A stretch of DNA of 64,000 bases from Vicinamibacteria bacterium. Its GTDB lineage: Bacteria > Acidobacteriota > Vicinamibacteria > Vicinamibacterales > UBA8438. The stretch is taken from NCBI GenBank assembly GCA_963578725.1, contig CAUZDS010000011.1, positions 32,304 through 96,303 of the forward strand. The letters run 5' to 3'. Positions 39,320 to 47,665 of the stretch are shown piece by piece (position 1 is the stretch's first letter; every line of letters begins with the position of its first letter). The position numbers were made by a program, and so were the translations under genes. Below the pieces are notes generated by a model. It was not told the DNA's origin, searched no databases, and saw only the letters and a program-made list of their open reading frames with translations.

Positions 39320-39928
39320 TCAGCCGGACAGAGACGCGGCATCATCCCCACCGGAACCCGGTCTGCGCGTCTCGATGACGAGCTCGCAGACCGTGTCGCC
39401 GGCCCCCCGACATCGGAAGAGTTGGGCGCGGCACGGAATACCGAAGGACTCGAGACACCCCTCGAGCACCGCCCCGTAGAAACGGCACAACGGGACGCCG
39501 GCTGGCGACCGAACATCGCAGAACATTGACCCTTCAATACCAACCACCGCCGTGCCACGCCGCACGGCCGTCTGCAGCCACACATCACCGTGCAGCCGGC
39601 GGACCAGCCTGGCCCCCACCCGCAGGACCACCCGCATCCGGATCGGTCGGGGCAGCCGGCGCAGCAGGGCGCGTTTGACGACCGAATGGCCATCGAGTGT
39701 CCAGCTGGCGGTGTAGCGCCCGGCGCGCTCCATCACGGCGTCGTACGCAGTGCCCTCCTGGCGGAGAAAACTGATGACCGCGTTGATGCGGGCACGACCC
39801 ATCTCGCCTTCCCGGATGCGACCCGCCGTCAGCCAGCTTTCATAGAACTCGAGCCGTGTGGGTATCAGCTCATTGATCGCCTGGTGCAGGCTGGCGGCCA
39901 GCACTCGCCCGATTTTCGGCTCCGACAT
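39320..39928 (-). CDS. Hypothetical protein with a V4R-like (4-vinyl reductase type) Cys-containing C-terminal domain
   Basis: SMFCDVRSPAGVPLCRFYGAVLEGCLESFGIPCRAQLFRCRGAGDTVCELVI resembles the V4R pattern. Assignment is tentative. Confidence 0.4.
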   Translation of the reverse strand: MSEPKIGRVLAASLHQAINELIPTRLEFYESWLTAGRIREGEMGRARINAVISFLRQEGTAYDAVMERAGRYTASWTLDGHSVVKRALLRRLPRPIRMRVVLRVGARLVRRLHGDVWLQTAVRRGTAVVGIEGSMFCDVRSPAGVPLCRFYGAVLEGCLESFGIPCRAQLFRCRGAGDTVCELVIETRRPGSGGDDAASLSG

Positions 39929-39958
39929 GAAGGTGATCTGTTATCGTTGGCGGCAAGT

Positions 39959-40555
39959 GTGTGGACCGCGGCAATCATCGCGGGAGGCTTGGCGCAACGC
40001 CTCGACGGACTCGACAAGAGCCAGCTGGTCATCGATGGCAGACGCATCGTCGATCGGCAACTCTCCGTCTTGGGGCATGTCGCCGAGCATATCCTGATCG
40101 TCTCGAACGACCACCATCGCTTCCGTTCTTCCGGTTTGCGCGTATGCGCGGATCTTATACCGGGCGCAGGCCCGCTGAGCGGTCTCTACACGGCGCTCGT
40201 CATGTCTCCGAGCGCACGGACGCTGGTGGTGGCCTGCGACCTGCCGTTTCTGACCGCGTCGTTCTTGCGTCACCTCGCGGCGCGCATGGGCAGGGCCGAC
40301 GCGGCGATTCCGCGGACTGAAGAAGGCTTGCAGCCGCTCTGCGCCGTGTACGATCGCACCTGTGCCGAGCCGATCCGCGACCGGCTCGAGCGCGGCCAGC
40401 TCCGGGTGGCTGGACTTGTCGACGCGCTACGGGTCACCGACATCGGGCCGGCTGAGGTCGCGTTGTTCGACCCGGACGGCACGCTATTCTTCAACGTCAA
40501 TACGCCAAATGACTACAAACGCGCGATCGACTTGGCTGCCCGCCGTCGTCTCTGA
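39959..40555 (+). CDS. mobA: Molybdenum cofactor guanylyltransferase MobA
   Basis: AAIIAGGLAQRLDGLDKS, GPLSGLYTAL, ACDLPFL. GTG at 39959 is preferred over the long ORF-track start at 39590, which is antisense to the V4R-like gene. Confidence 0.7.
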   Translation: MWTAAIIAGGLAQRLDGLDKSQLVIDGRRIVDRQLSVLGHVAEHILIVSNDHHRFRSSGLRVCADLIPGAGPLSGLYTALVMSPSARTLVVACDLPFLTASFLRHLAARMGRADAAIPRTEEGLQPLCAVYDRTCAEPIRDRLERGQLRVAGLVDALRVTDIGPAEVALFDPDGTLFFNVNTPNDYKRAIDLAARRRL

Positions 40556-40615
40556 CCTGCCGGACCACTCCACACGACCGGATGCGGTAGCCCCCGCACT
40601 GGACTACGACCGCAC

Positions 40616-42649
40616 ATGATACTGACGCTCCATAACCACCTGCGTAACCGAATTGTCTCGGCCCTGGCCGAGCGGTACGGGCTCGACGCCGAGACGTTAC
40701 CGGCGATCGTCATCGAATACCCGCCGAACCGGCAACTCGGCGACCTCGCGATCACGGTCGCCTTCGAGCTCGCGCGCGTCCTCCGCAAGGCGCCGCGCGT
40801 TATCGCGCAGGAGCTTGCCGACATGGTCGGCGACCTGAGCGGTGTTTGCCGTGTGGCGCCGACCGGCACCGGTTACCTCAACATCTTTCTCGACCGGGCG
40901 GCGTTCGCGCGGACCCGAATGGCGGCCGACCCTCCGGTCCCCTGGACCGTCCGAGGGCCAAAGACCATCGTCGAGCACACGGCGATCAACCCCAACAAGG
41001 CGGCGCACATAGGACACCTGCGTAACGCCGTGCTCGGCGACACGCTGTGCCGGCTGCTCCGATATCGCGGTGCCGACGTCGAAGTCCAGAACTACATCGA
41101 TGACACCGGCGTCCAGGTGGCCGACGTGGTGGTCGGGCTACGCGAGCTCGAAGGTAAGGGACTCGACGACCTACGTCAGCTCACCGATGCGCCGGGGTTC
41201 GACGGCTACTGCTGGGATCTGTATGCCCGGGTCACGAAGTGGTTCGACGCCGACGAGACGCGACTGTCACACCGCCGCGCCGCGCTCCGGGACCTGGAGC
41301 ACGACACGGACCCGACCGCCGCGATGGCACGCCTGCTGACCGATCGGATCGTGCGCTGTCACCTGCGGACGATGGCGCGGCTCGGCGTCGAGTACGACCT
41401 GCTGAGTTGGGAGGGGGACATCCTCCGCCTACAATTCTGGACCCGCGCCTTCGAGATTTTGACGGCAACCGGGGCAATGTTCCTACAACCGGACGGGCGG
41501 CTCGCCGGGTGCTGGGTGATGCCGATCATCGACGACGCCGCCACGGGCAAATCCGCCGCGGCCGGCAACCCACCGGACAGCGCGGGAGCTGACGGGTCCG
41601 ACGAGGCACGGGCCAAGGTCATCGTACGGTCAGACGGTACGGTCACGTACGTCGGTAAGGACATCGCGTATCAACTCTGGAAATTCGGACTCCTCGGCAA
41701 GGACTTTCACTACCGCTGGTTCGCCACTCAGCCATCCGGTCGGCACCTGTGGACCACGTCGAGCATCGAGACGCCTCCTTCCACGGAACGGGGACCGCCC
41801 CCCCCCTTTGGTCTGGCAAGCGCGGTCTACAACGTCATCGACACGCGACAGAGCTATCTACAGCAACTGCTCGTGCAGGCCCTGACGGCGATGCAACACC
41901 CTCGGGAGGCGGAGCGGTCCATACACTTCTCGTATGAGATGGTGGCCCTGTCCCGTTCGACCGCGCACGCGCTCGGCTACACGTCCAGCTCGCAGGAGAG
42001 CAAGCCATTTGTCGAGGTCTCCGGCCGGAAAGGGCTCGGCGTCAAGGCCGACGACCTCCTGGACAAAGTGACCGAGCGCGCCGACAGTGAGGTCGAGACC
42101 CGGCACGGCGACCTGTCCCCGGAAGACCGCCGTCAGATCGCGATCATCATCGCCACGGCGGCGGTCCGGTATTTCATGATCAAGTTCTCGCGCGGGAAGG
42201 TGATCGCGTTCGATATCGACGAGGCGCTCAGCTTCGAAGGGGAGACCGGCCCCTACCTGCAATACGCGACCGTCCGCGCTCGGAAGATCCTAGAGAAGCT
42301 TCGGGACCGCGACGGTATCGAGACCGCCACTTTACTCGAGAGCCTGGTGTCAACGCCGGCCGATAGCCTAACGTCCAAGGCCGGCGACGAGTTGTGGAAC
42401 CTGATTCTGGAAGCTTCCCGTCTGGACGAGGTGGCCGAGCAGGCGGTTCGCACGCTCGAGTTGGCGGTACTGGCCAAGTACGCGTTCGGGCTGGCGCAGC
42501 GCTTCAACGGTTTCTACCACAGCAGCCCAGTCCTCGTGGAATCGGACGAGTCGGTACGCCGCTGGCGGGCGGCTGGTGTCAGCTACTTTCAGTCACAGAT
42601 GACGCGCGCTCTGGAGCTGATGGGGTGTGAAGTGCCGGAACGCATGTAG
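40616..42649 (+). CDS. argS: Arginine--tRNA ligase
   Basis: NPNKAAHIGHLRNAVLGD (HIGH region) and a C-terminal DALR-type anticodon-binding domain. The 677 aa include an Ala/Gly/Asp-rich insertion. Confidence 0.9.
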   Translation: MILTLHNHLRNRIVSALAERYGLDAETLPAIVIEYPPNRQLGDLAITVAFELARVLRKAPRVIAQELADMVGDLSGVCRVAPTGTGYLNIFLDRAAFARTRMAADPPVPWTVRGPKTIVEHTAINPNKAAHIGHLRNAVLGDTLCRLLRYRGADVEVQNYIDDTGVQVADVVVGLRELEGKGLDDLRQLTDAPGFDGYCWDLYARVTKWFDADETRLSHRRAALRDLEHDTDPTAAMARLLTDRIVRCHLRTMARLGVEYDLLSWEGDILRLQFWTRAFEILTATGAMFLQPDGRLAGCWVMPIIDDAATGKSAAAGNPPDSAGADGSDEARAKVIVRSDGTVTYVGKDIAYQLWKFGLLGKDFHYRWFATQPSGRHLWTTSSIETPPSTERGPPPPFGLASAVYNVIDTRQSYLQQLLVQALTAMQHPREAERSIHFSYEMVALSRSTAHALGYTSSSQESKPFVEVSGRKGLGVKADDLLDKVTERADSEVETRHGDLSPEDRRQIAIIIATAAVRYFMIKFSRGKVIAFDIDEALSFEGETGPYLQYATVRARKILEKLRDRDGIETATLLESLVSTPADSLTSKAGDELWNLILEASRLDEVAEQAVRTLELAVLAKYAFGLAQRFNGFYHSSPVLVESDESVRRWRAAGVSYFQSQMTRALELMGCEVPERM

Positions 42650-42711
42650 GAAATGGGCACGCGCTGAGGTCAAGGTCTGAAGTCCTCTTCTTAACCCTGT
42701 TTTTCCTGGTG

Positions 42712-44001
42712 TCACGCGCGCTCGAGTGAGACGACGGTCTCGACGTGCGCGGTGTCCGGAAACATGTCGAACACATGGACCTGGTCGATCCGGTAACCGG
42801 CCCCCAGGAGCGCACGGAGATCCCGCGCCTGTGTCGCCACGTCGCACGACACGGACACGATCCGGTCCGGCTGGCCGCGCGCCAGCCGCGTAACCACTTC
42901 GCGCGAGAGACCGGTCCGTGGCGGGTCAACGATCGCCGCGGCGCCCTCCAGACCGGCTGACCGCTTCAGGAACGTTTCGACCGGCGCCCGGACCACACGC
43001 ACGGTGGGGCCGAGCGGCGCCGCGTTCGACACCAGATCCCCCGCGCTGCACGGGTCCCGTTCAACCGCGGTGACGGACCCACCCCGCAGCGCGGCGATAC
43101 TGACCGCGAAGAGCCCCACACCAGCATAGAGATCCACGACCCTTTCGCGCGCGGTCTGGGAAGCCACCGCCGCGACGAGCTCCGGCACTAGGTATCGGTT
43201 CGCCTGGAAGAAGGCGGCCGCGTGCCGGCGGAGCGAGAGGGTCTCCGCTCGACTCGATGGCAGGAACGCCGCGAGCGTGTCGCTGACGCAGGGAGTGCCA
43301 ACCAACACGAGCGGAGCGTGATTCGTCGTCGAACCGACGGTGAGCCCGGTCACCCCGGCAACCGACGCCATCGGCCGCAGCGCGTCGCGCGCGCGGGCCG
43401 CATCACCAGGCACGACGACATGCAGAACGCACTGGTCGCCGGCCAGGTCCTCGGCCAGCTCCACCGTCCTGGCGCCGACCGCCCCCAACGCGGGCGCGTG
43501 GGTCGCGAACGCCCCAATCAGCCGTTCGGTCTTCGGGAGCAGCGGTCCGAGGCGCGATACGTCGCAGACGCGATGCGACCCTGCTTCGAGAAATCCAACT
43601 AGGCTGTCACCCACATGCAGCCTGGCGCGCATCCGGTAGCCCTGCTCGATCGAGGGCACGACCGGCGGGGGAACGGCGAGATCGATTCGCCCGATCCGGC
43701 GAAACGCGTCCCGGACGATCTCCGATTTCAGCTGCACCTGCCGCCGGTAGGCGATGTGGGCGAAGCACCGGCCGCCGCAGGCCGGCCCGCCCGGCGCCGG
43801 CCGGCGATCGGGACTGCCCTCGAGGACCTCTACCGTGCGCGCCAGCACAACGTCGCGCCGGGCGCGCTCCACTTCGGCCCGAATCCGTTCACCGGGGATG
43901 GCGCCGTCGACCAGCACGACCCTCCCGTCGTGGCGTCCGATCATCCGGCCGCCGACCACGGGTCGTTCAACCGTCAACTCGATCACCGAACCGCCAGGCA
44001 T
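42712..44001 (-). CDS. Class I SAM-dependent RNA (uracil-5-)methyltransferase, RlmD/TrmA family
   Basis: N-terminal TRAM-like beta domain, VVDLYAGVGLFAVSIA SAM motif and a C-terminal DMFPDTAHVE. Confidence 0.8.
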   Translation of the reverse strand: MPGGSVIELTVERPVVGGRMIGRHDGRVVLVDGAIPGERIRAEVERARRDVVLARTVEVLEGSPDRRPAPGGPACGGRCFAHIAYRRQVQLKSEIVRDAFRRIGRIDLAVPPPVVPSIEQGYRMRARLHVGDSLVGFLEAGSHRVCDVSRLGPLLPKTERLIGAFATHAPALGAVGARTVELAEDLAGDQCVLHVVVPGDAARARDALRPMASVAGVTGLTVGSTTNHAPLVLVGTPCVSDTLAAFLPSSRAETLSLRRHAAAFFQANRYLVPELVAAVASQTARERVVDLYAGVGLFAVSIAALRGGSVTAVERDPCSAGDLVSNAAPLGPTVRVVRAPVETFLKRSAGLEGAAAIVDPPRTGLSREVVTRLARGQPDRIVSVSCDVATQARDLRALLGAGYRIDQVHVFDMFPDTAHVETVVSLERA

Positions 44002-44217
44002 GCTCTAGCCAGGCTCCATCTTAGACCGTCCTGGTCAGGTTCACTCCGAGTCACCTCTCCTCCCAGCCTCGCCCCGCCGAGGCTAGGAACCCGCGAACGG
44101 AGATTTCGCGGTGAGTGCAACGGGAACACGACTAGGGCTTGACTCTCTTGCCAGTATCAACTCTTTCACGGAGCCTAGTCCACAGGCCGCAGCGGCCCGC
44201 CGATCGTTCCCCCATAA

Positions 44218-44958
44218 CTAGTCGAACCGGACCGTCGGCAGCCGGCAACGCTCCCGCACCAGGCGGTCGATGCAAGCCGCCAACGCGCGCGCGTAGGCGG
44301 CTTCGGTCATGCGGGCCTTGAACGGCGCCAGCTCGGTGCCTGCCGCATCCCGGATCTCCCCCAGCGCTGGCCCCGCCGCTATCCGAGCGCTCGAGAGCAA
44401 CACCCGGTCGATTGTGGTGAGCCGGTCGATCAGCGCCGCGCGGGCCGCGCCGCGGGCGCCCAGAGCATCGCGGCGCAGAGTATCCAGGTCCACGATCGCC
44501 CGCTCCAGCGCGGCGTGGATATCCGGCGCGGACTCCCCAATCACCAGGTGGTTCGTCGCCTGCGCGAGCACTCGGTCGATGTGCGCGGGCAGGCTGACGC
44601 GACGTCGCGCCGCGCGGCCCGTGTCGTCCGGTGGGATAGTCCCACCCGGTGCCGCAGCCCGCGGATCCGGTGTACCGGTCACGCCGACGGCGCGTCGCCA
44701 CTCGTCGAACAGATCAAGGATGTCCGCCTCGCAGTACTCGATCCGCAGGGGCCGCCGGCGCCGGGCGACCCGGTAGCGTTCGAGCCTCCGGTCAATACCC
44801 TGAACCACCACCTGCAGCGGCACACCGGCCTCCTCCCAAGCACGCACCCGCTCGAACGCCGGTCCCACGATACGCATGAGATGCCCGCCGTTCTTACGGC
44901 AGAGATAAGCCTCAATTTCGCGGCTGTACGCGCCGGGATCCATCACCGACACCACCAA
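44218..44958 (-). CDS. Hypothetical Arg-rich protein
   Basis: 246-aa ORF with good GC3. N-terminal EIEAYLCRKNGGHLMRIVGPAFERVRAWEEAGVPLQVVVQGID looks like a small helical/winged-helix module. No family recognised. Confidence 0.5.
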   Translation of the reverse strand: MVVSVMDPGAYSREIEAYLCRKNGGHLMRIVGPAFERVRAWEEAGVPLQVVVQGIDRRLERYRVARRRRPLRIEYCEADILDLFDEWRRAVGVTGTPDPRAAAPGGTIPPDDTGRAARRRVSLPAHIDRVLAQATNHLVIGESAPDIHAALERAIVDLDTLRRDALGARGAARAALIDRLTTIDRVLLSSARIAAGPALGEIRDAAGTELAPFKARMTEAAYARALAACIDRLVRERCRLPTVRFD

Positions 44959-45090
44959 CTTCCAGGCCGTGGGGTTGGCAACACGTTTTCCGGACGACGC
45001 AAGTCACTGAAGAACGTCGCGAAACCCTCCCGCCTTCGCCGAGGTCTCGCCGGGCGGGCGGGCTCATCCTGCCTGCTTAGAGACACTCTC

Positions 45091-45245
45091 TAGCCAGTTA
45101 TGCGGTCCAAAACGAGGATTTCGTGCTCGTTCGGGACCGGCCTCTGTGACCGCCACGGCGCGCACGCGTGCGCCCGCGAAGGACCGGCGCAGGGCGGTCG
45201 GGCCCACGCAAGCGACCGAGCCGGGGTGTGGGCGAAGCCCCACGT
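45091..45245. repeat. GC-rich structured intergenic repeat, copy B
   Basis: Aligns with 36297..36449. Contains AACGAG-N9-CTCGTT, the palindrome GCGCACGCGTGCGC (45160..45173) and a terminal GTGGG..CCCAC hairpin that ends at the coaX stop codon. Confidence 0.7.
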
Positions 45246-46021
45246 TAGCTAACGTTCCGATGCCATGCCAGACGGAGACCGTGCAGCGTGAGGTCGGGCC
45301 TGACGTGGTCGATCGCGGCGGTCTCCACCGCGATGTTCCCAGCCAGACCACCCGTGGCGACGCAGACCGCCGGCTGATCGCCGGCCAGCTCATCCCGAAG
45401 GCGCGCGACGATCCCCTCGACCATGGCGACGTGACCGAAATAGAGCCCGGACTGCATCGACCCCACGGTGCTGGTCCCGATCAGCTGGGCCGGCCGGCGG
45501 ACGTCGACCCGTGGCAACCTTGCGGCGCGCTGAAACAGGGCGTCGGCCGAGATCTCGACACCCGGGCAGATGACGCCGCCGAGATACTCACCCGCCGTGG
45601 AGATGGCGTCGAAGCTCGTGGCCGTCCCGAAATCGACCACGATGAGGGGCCGTCCCGCTCCGTACTCCGCCACCGCCGCTACGCCATTGACCAGCCGGTC
45701 GGCACCGACGTCCTCTGGGGCGTGATACCTGATCGGCAGACCGGCATTCGTGGCATCGATCGCGAGCGCCTCCCGCCCGAACGCCCCCTTCACCATCTCG
45801 GCAACGGTAGAGGTGAGGGGCGGCACGACCGACGACAGCACAACCCCAGACACCTGTGTCATGTCCAGACCGCACTCCTCGAACCACCGGCTGACAAGTA
45901 CCCGCAGCTCGTCTGCGGTCCGGTCCCGCAGCGTGGCCAGACGCCAGCTCACGCTGAGGGTCGGCCCCTGGAAAACTCCAAGCACGGTGTTCGTGTTGCC
46001 GATGTCGATCGCGAGCAGCAT
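45245..46021 (-). CDS. coaX: Type III pantothenate kinase
   Basis: MLLAIDIGNTNTVLGVF...VDFGTATSFD...GG motifs. Confidence 0.9.
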   Translation of the reverse strand: MLLAIDIGNTNTVLGVFQGPTLSVSWRLATLRDRTADELRVLVSRWFEECGLDMTQVSGVVLSSVVPPLTSTVAEMVKGAFGREALAIDATNAGLPIRYHAPEDVGADRLVNGVAAVAEYGAGRPLIVVDFGTATSFDAISTAGEYLGGVICPGVEISADALFQRAARLPRVDVRRPAQLIGTSTVGSMQSGLYFGHVAMVEGIVARLRDELAGDQPAVCVATGGLAGNIAVETAAIDHVRPDLTLHGLRLAWHRNVS

Positions 46022-46030
46022 AGTGGTGAT

Positions 46031-46822
46031 CTACCGAACGTGGCGCACGTCGCCGCCGAACAACCGCTCGCACCGTGTGCCAACACGGACGACCAGCGCA
46101 CCATCGCCGTCGATACCCTCCGTCACTCCCCGATGCCTGACCGACCCAACGGACCACTCCACCGTCGCGCCGCGACTCGAAGGGGCGAGCTCCTCCCAAC
46201 GGGCGAGTAGCCCGGTGAGCACGCCCGACTCGACCTCGCGACAGCACGTGGCGAACGCCGCCAGTAGCTCAACGAGCAGGTCCACCCGGTCAACCGACCG
46301 GCCGATCAGCCCCTCCACCGAGCCCGCTCGGTCGGCCAGTTCGGCCGGCCACGCCGTGTCACGGAGGTTGACACCGATTCCCACAATCACCCGCTCGACC
46401 TGCTCGTGCACGGAGGCCGCTTCGGCTAGAATGCCCGCCACCTTCTGCCGGCGCCCCCTGACGTCGACCATGATATCGTTCGGCCACTCGAGCGTCACGG
46501 CGAGACCGGCACCGGTGCGGAGCGCGTCGGCCACCGCAACGCCGGCCGCCAGGGTCAGGACCGGGGCCGATACCGTCCGCACGAGCACGGACACATACAG
46601 CCCGGCGCCGGCGGGCGAGAACCACCGATGCCCGTGACGCCCCCGGCCGTCGGTCTGGGCGTCGGCCATCACGACGGTCCCGTGGGGTGCACCCAACTCG
46701 GCCAGCTCGGCCGCGACATCATTGGTCGACCGGACCTCCCGATAGTGGCGCACCCGGCCACCGAACGGACCCAAACGGCCCGCCGCCGAACGGAGCCGCG
46801 CCTCGAGGTCAGCCAGCAGCAC
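46031..46822 (-). CDS. birA: Biotin--[acetyl-CoA-carboxylase] ligase (no N-terminal HTH domain)
   Basis: GRGRHGHRWFSPAGAGLYVS and KWPND-like LEWPNDI motifs. Confidence 0.85.
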   Translation of the reverse strand: MLLADLEARLRSAAGRLGPFGGRVRHYREVRSTNDVAAELAELGAPHGTVVMADAQTDGRGRHGHRWFSPAGAGLYVSVLVRTVSAPVLTLAAGVAVADALRTGAGLAVTLEWPNDIMVDVRGRRQKVAGILAEAASVHEQVERVIVGIGVNLRDTAWPAELADRAGSVEGLIGRSVDRVDLLVELLAAFATCCREVESGVLTGLLARWEELAPSSRGATVEWSVGSVRHRGVTEGIDGDGALVVRVGTRCERLFGGDVRHVR

Positions 46823-47665
46823 GAGCGAGCTCGAAAGTGAGCTCGACCGGCGCGGTCACCTGCGTGAGCGCGGCGATCGACACATGCTCTGCCCCGGTGC
46901 CAGCCAGCTCCGTCATCCGGTCAAGCGTCACCGATCCGGATACCTCGATTTTGGCTCGGCCGCGGCTGCGACGCACGGCCTCCCGGACCACATCAATGGG
47001 CCCCGCGGCGACCAGGACCGTCGCCACGCCGACCTCCAGCGCCGCGTCGACGTCGTCAAGCGTCCTGGACTCAACCTCGATCGGCAGCTCGGCATCCGCC
47101 GCGCGTATCCGGCGGACGACTTCGGCAATACTTCCGGCTAAGATGTGATTGTCCTTGACGCACACGCCATCGTCTAGTCCAACTCGCTGGTTCACCCCGC
47201 CTCCAACCCGCACCGCGTACTTCTCAAGGGCGCGAAGTGTCTGGGTGTCTTCCGGGTGTCGAACACGGTCATGCATCCGCCACCGGCATCGACGAAATCC
47301 CGTGTTAGCGTGGCGATCCCGCACAGCCGTTGCAGGAAGTTTAAGGCGGTGCGCTCCCCCGTCAACAATGCGGCACCAAATCCCCGTACCCGGGCTAGCT
47401 CGTCGCCAGGCTCACAGCGCGCCCCGTCGCAGTGCGCACCGTCAACCTCCACGTGCGGATCCAGCTGACGAAAACACTCGGTCGCGACAGCCAGCCCGGC
47501 CAGCACGCAAAGTGTCCGCACGACGAGCGTCCCGGTCGCCCTGAGCTCGTCTGGCACAACAAAATCGGTCGTCACATCACCCCAGCGCACATCCTCGGCG
47601 AGCGCCAGGCGCACGATCTCACGGTAAAACGACGGGTCGAGCGTAGCGAACAGAGCGACCCTCAC
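46809..47665 (-). pseudogene. nadC: Nicotinate-nucleotide pyrophosphorylase (quinolinate PRTase) interrupted by a 1-nt frameshift
   Basis: ORF 47192..47665 carries the N-terminus up to LLTGERTALNFLQRLCGIATLT...VFDTRKTP. ORF 46809..47324 carries TLRALEKYAVRVGGGVNQRVGLDDGVCVKDNHI through to the end. Total span is 857 nt = 3n+2. The frame switch is at the C-run ACACCCAGACA (47243..47245). Confidence 0.8.

Noticed and set aside
44002-44217. Possible third, degenerate copy of the 155-bp repeat, or a tRNA-like element, in the 216-nt spacer
   Set aside because: Only a 10-mer (CTCTAGCCAG) and a hairpin with a GA(T/G)TTCG-type loop are shared, and the remainder does not align. GGTTCACTCC lacks a T-arm and acceptor context, so it is not a tRNA.
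45100-45252. 50-codon ORF inside the repeat (MRSKTRISCSFGTGLCDRHGAHACAREG...), with the same frame open in copy A
   Set aside because: The amino-acid sequences of the two copies diverge as much as the nucleotides, with no synonymous bias visible. There is no SD. In copy A the frame simply runs on into antisense of a real gene. I therefore treat the element as non-coding.
45146-46210. 354-aa plus-strand ORF starting inside repeat copy B
   Set aside because: It is antisense to coaX (MLLAIDIGNTN...). It has no motifs and a shadow-frame composition.
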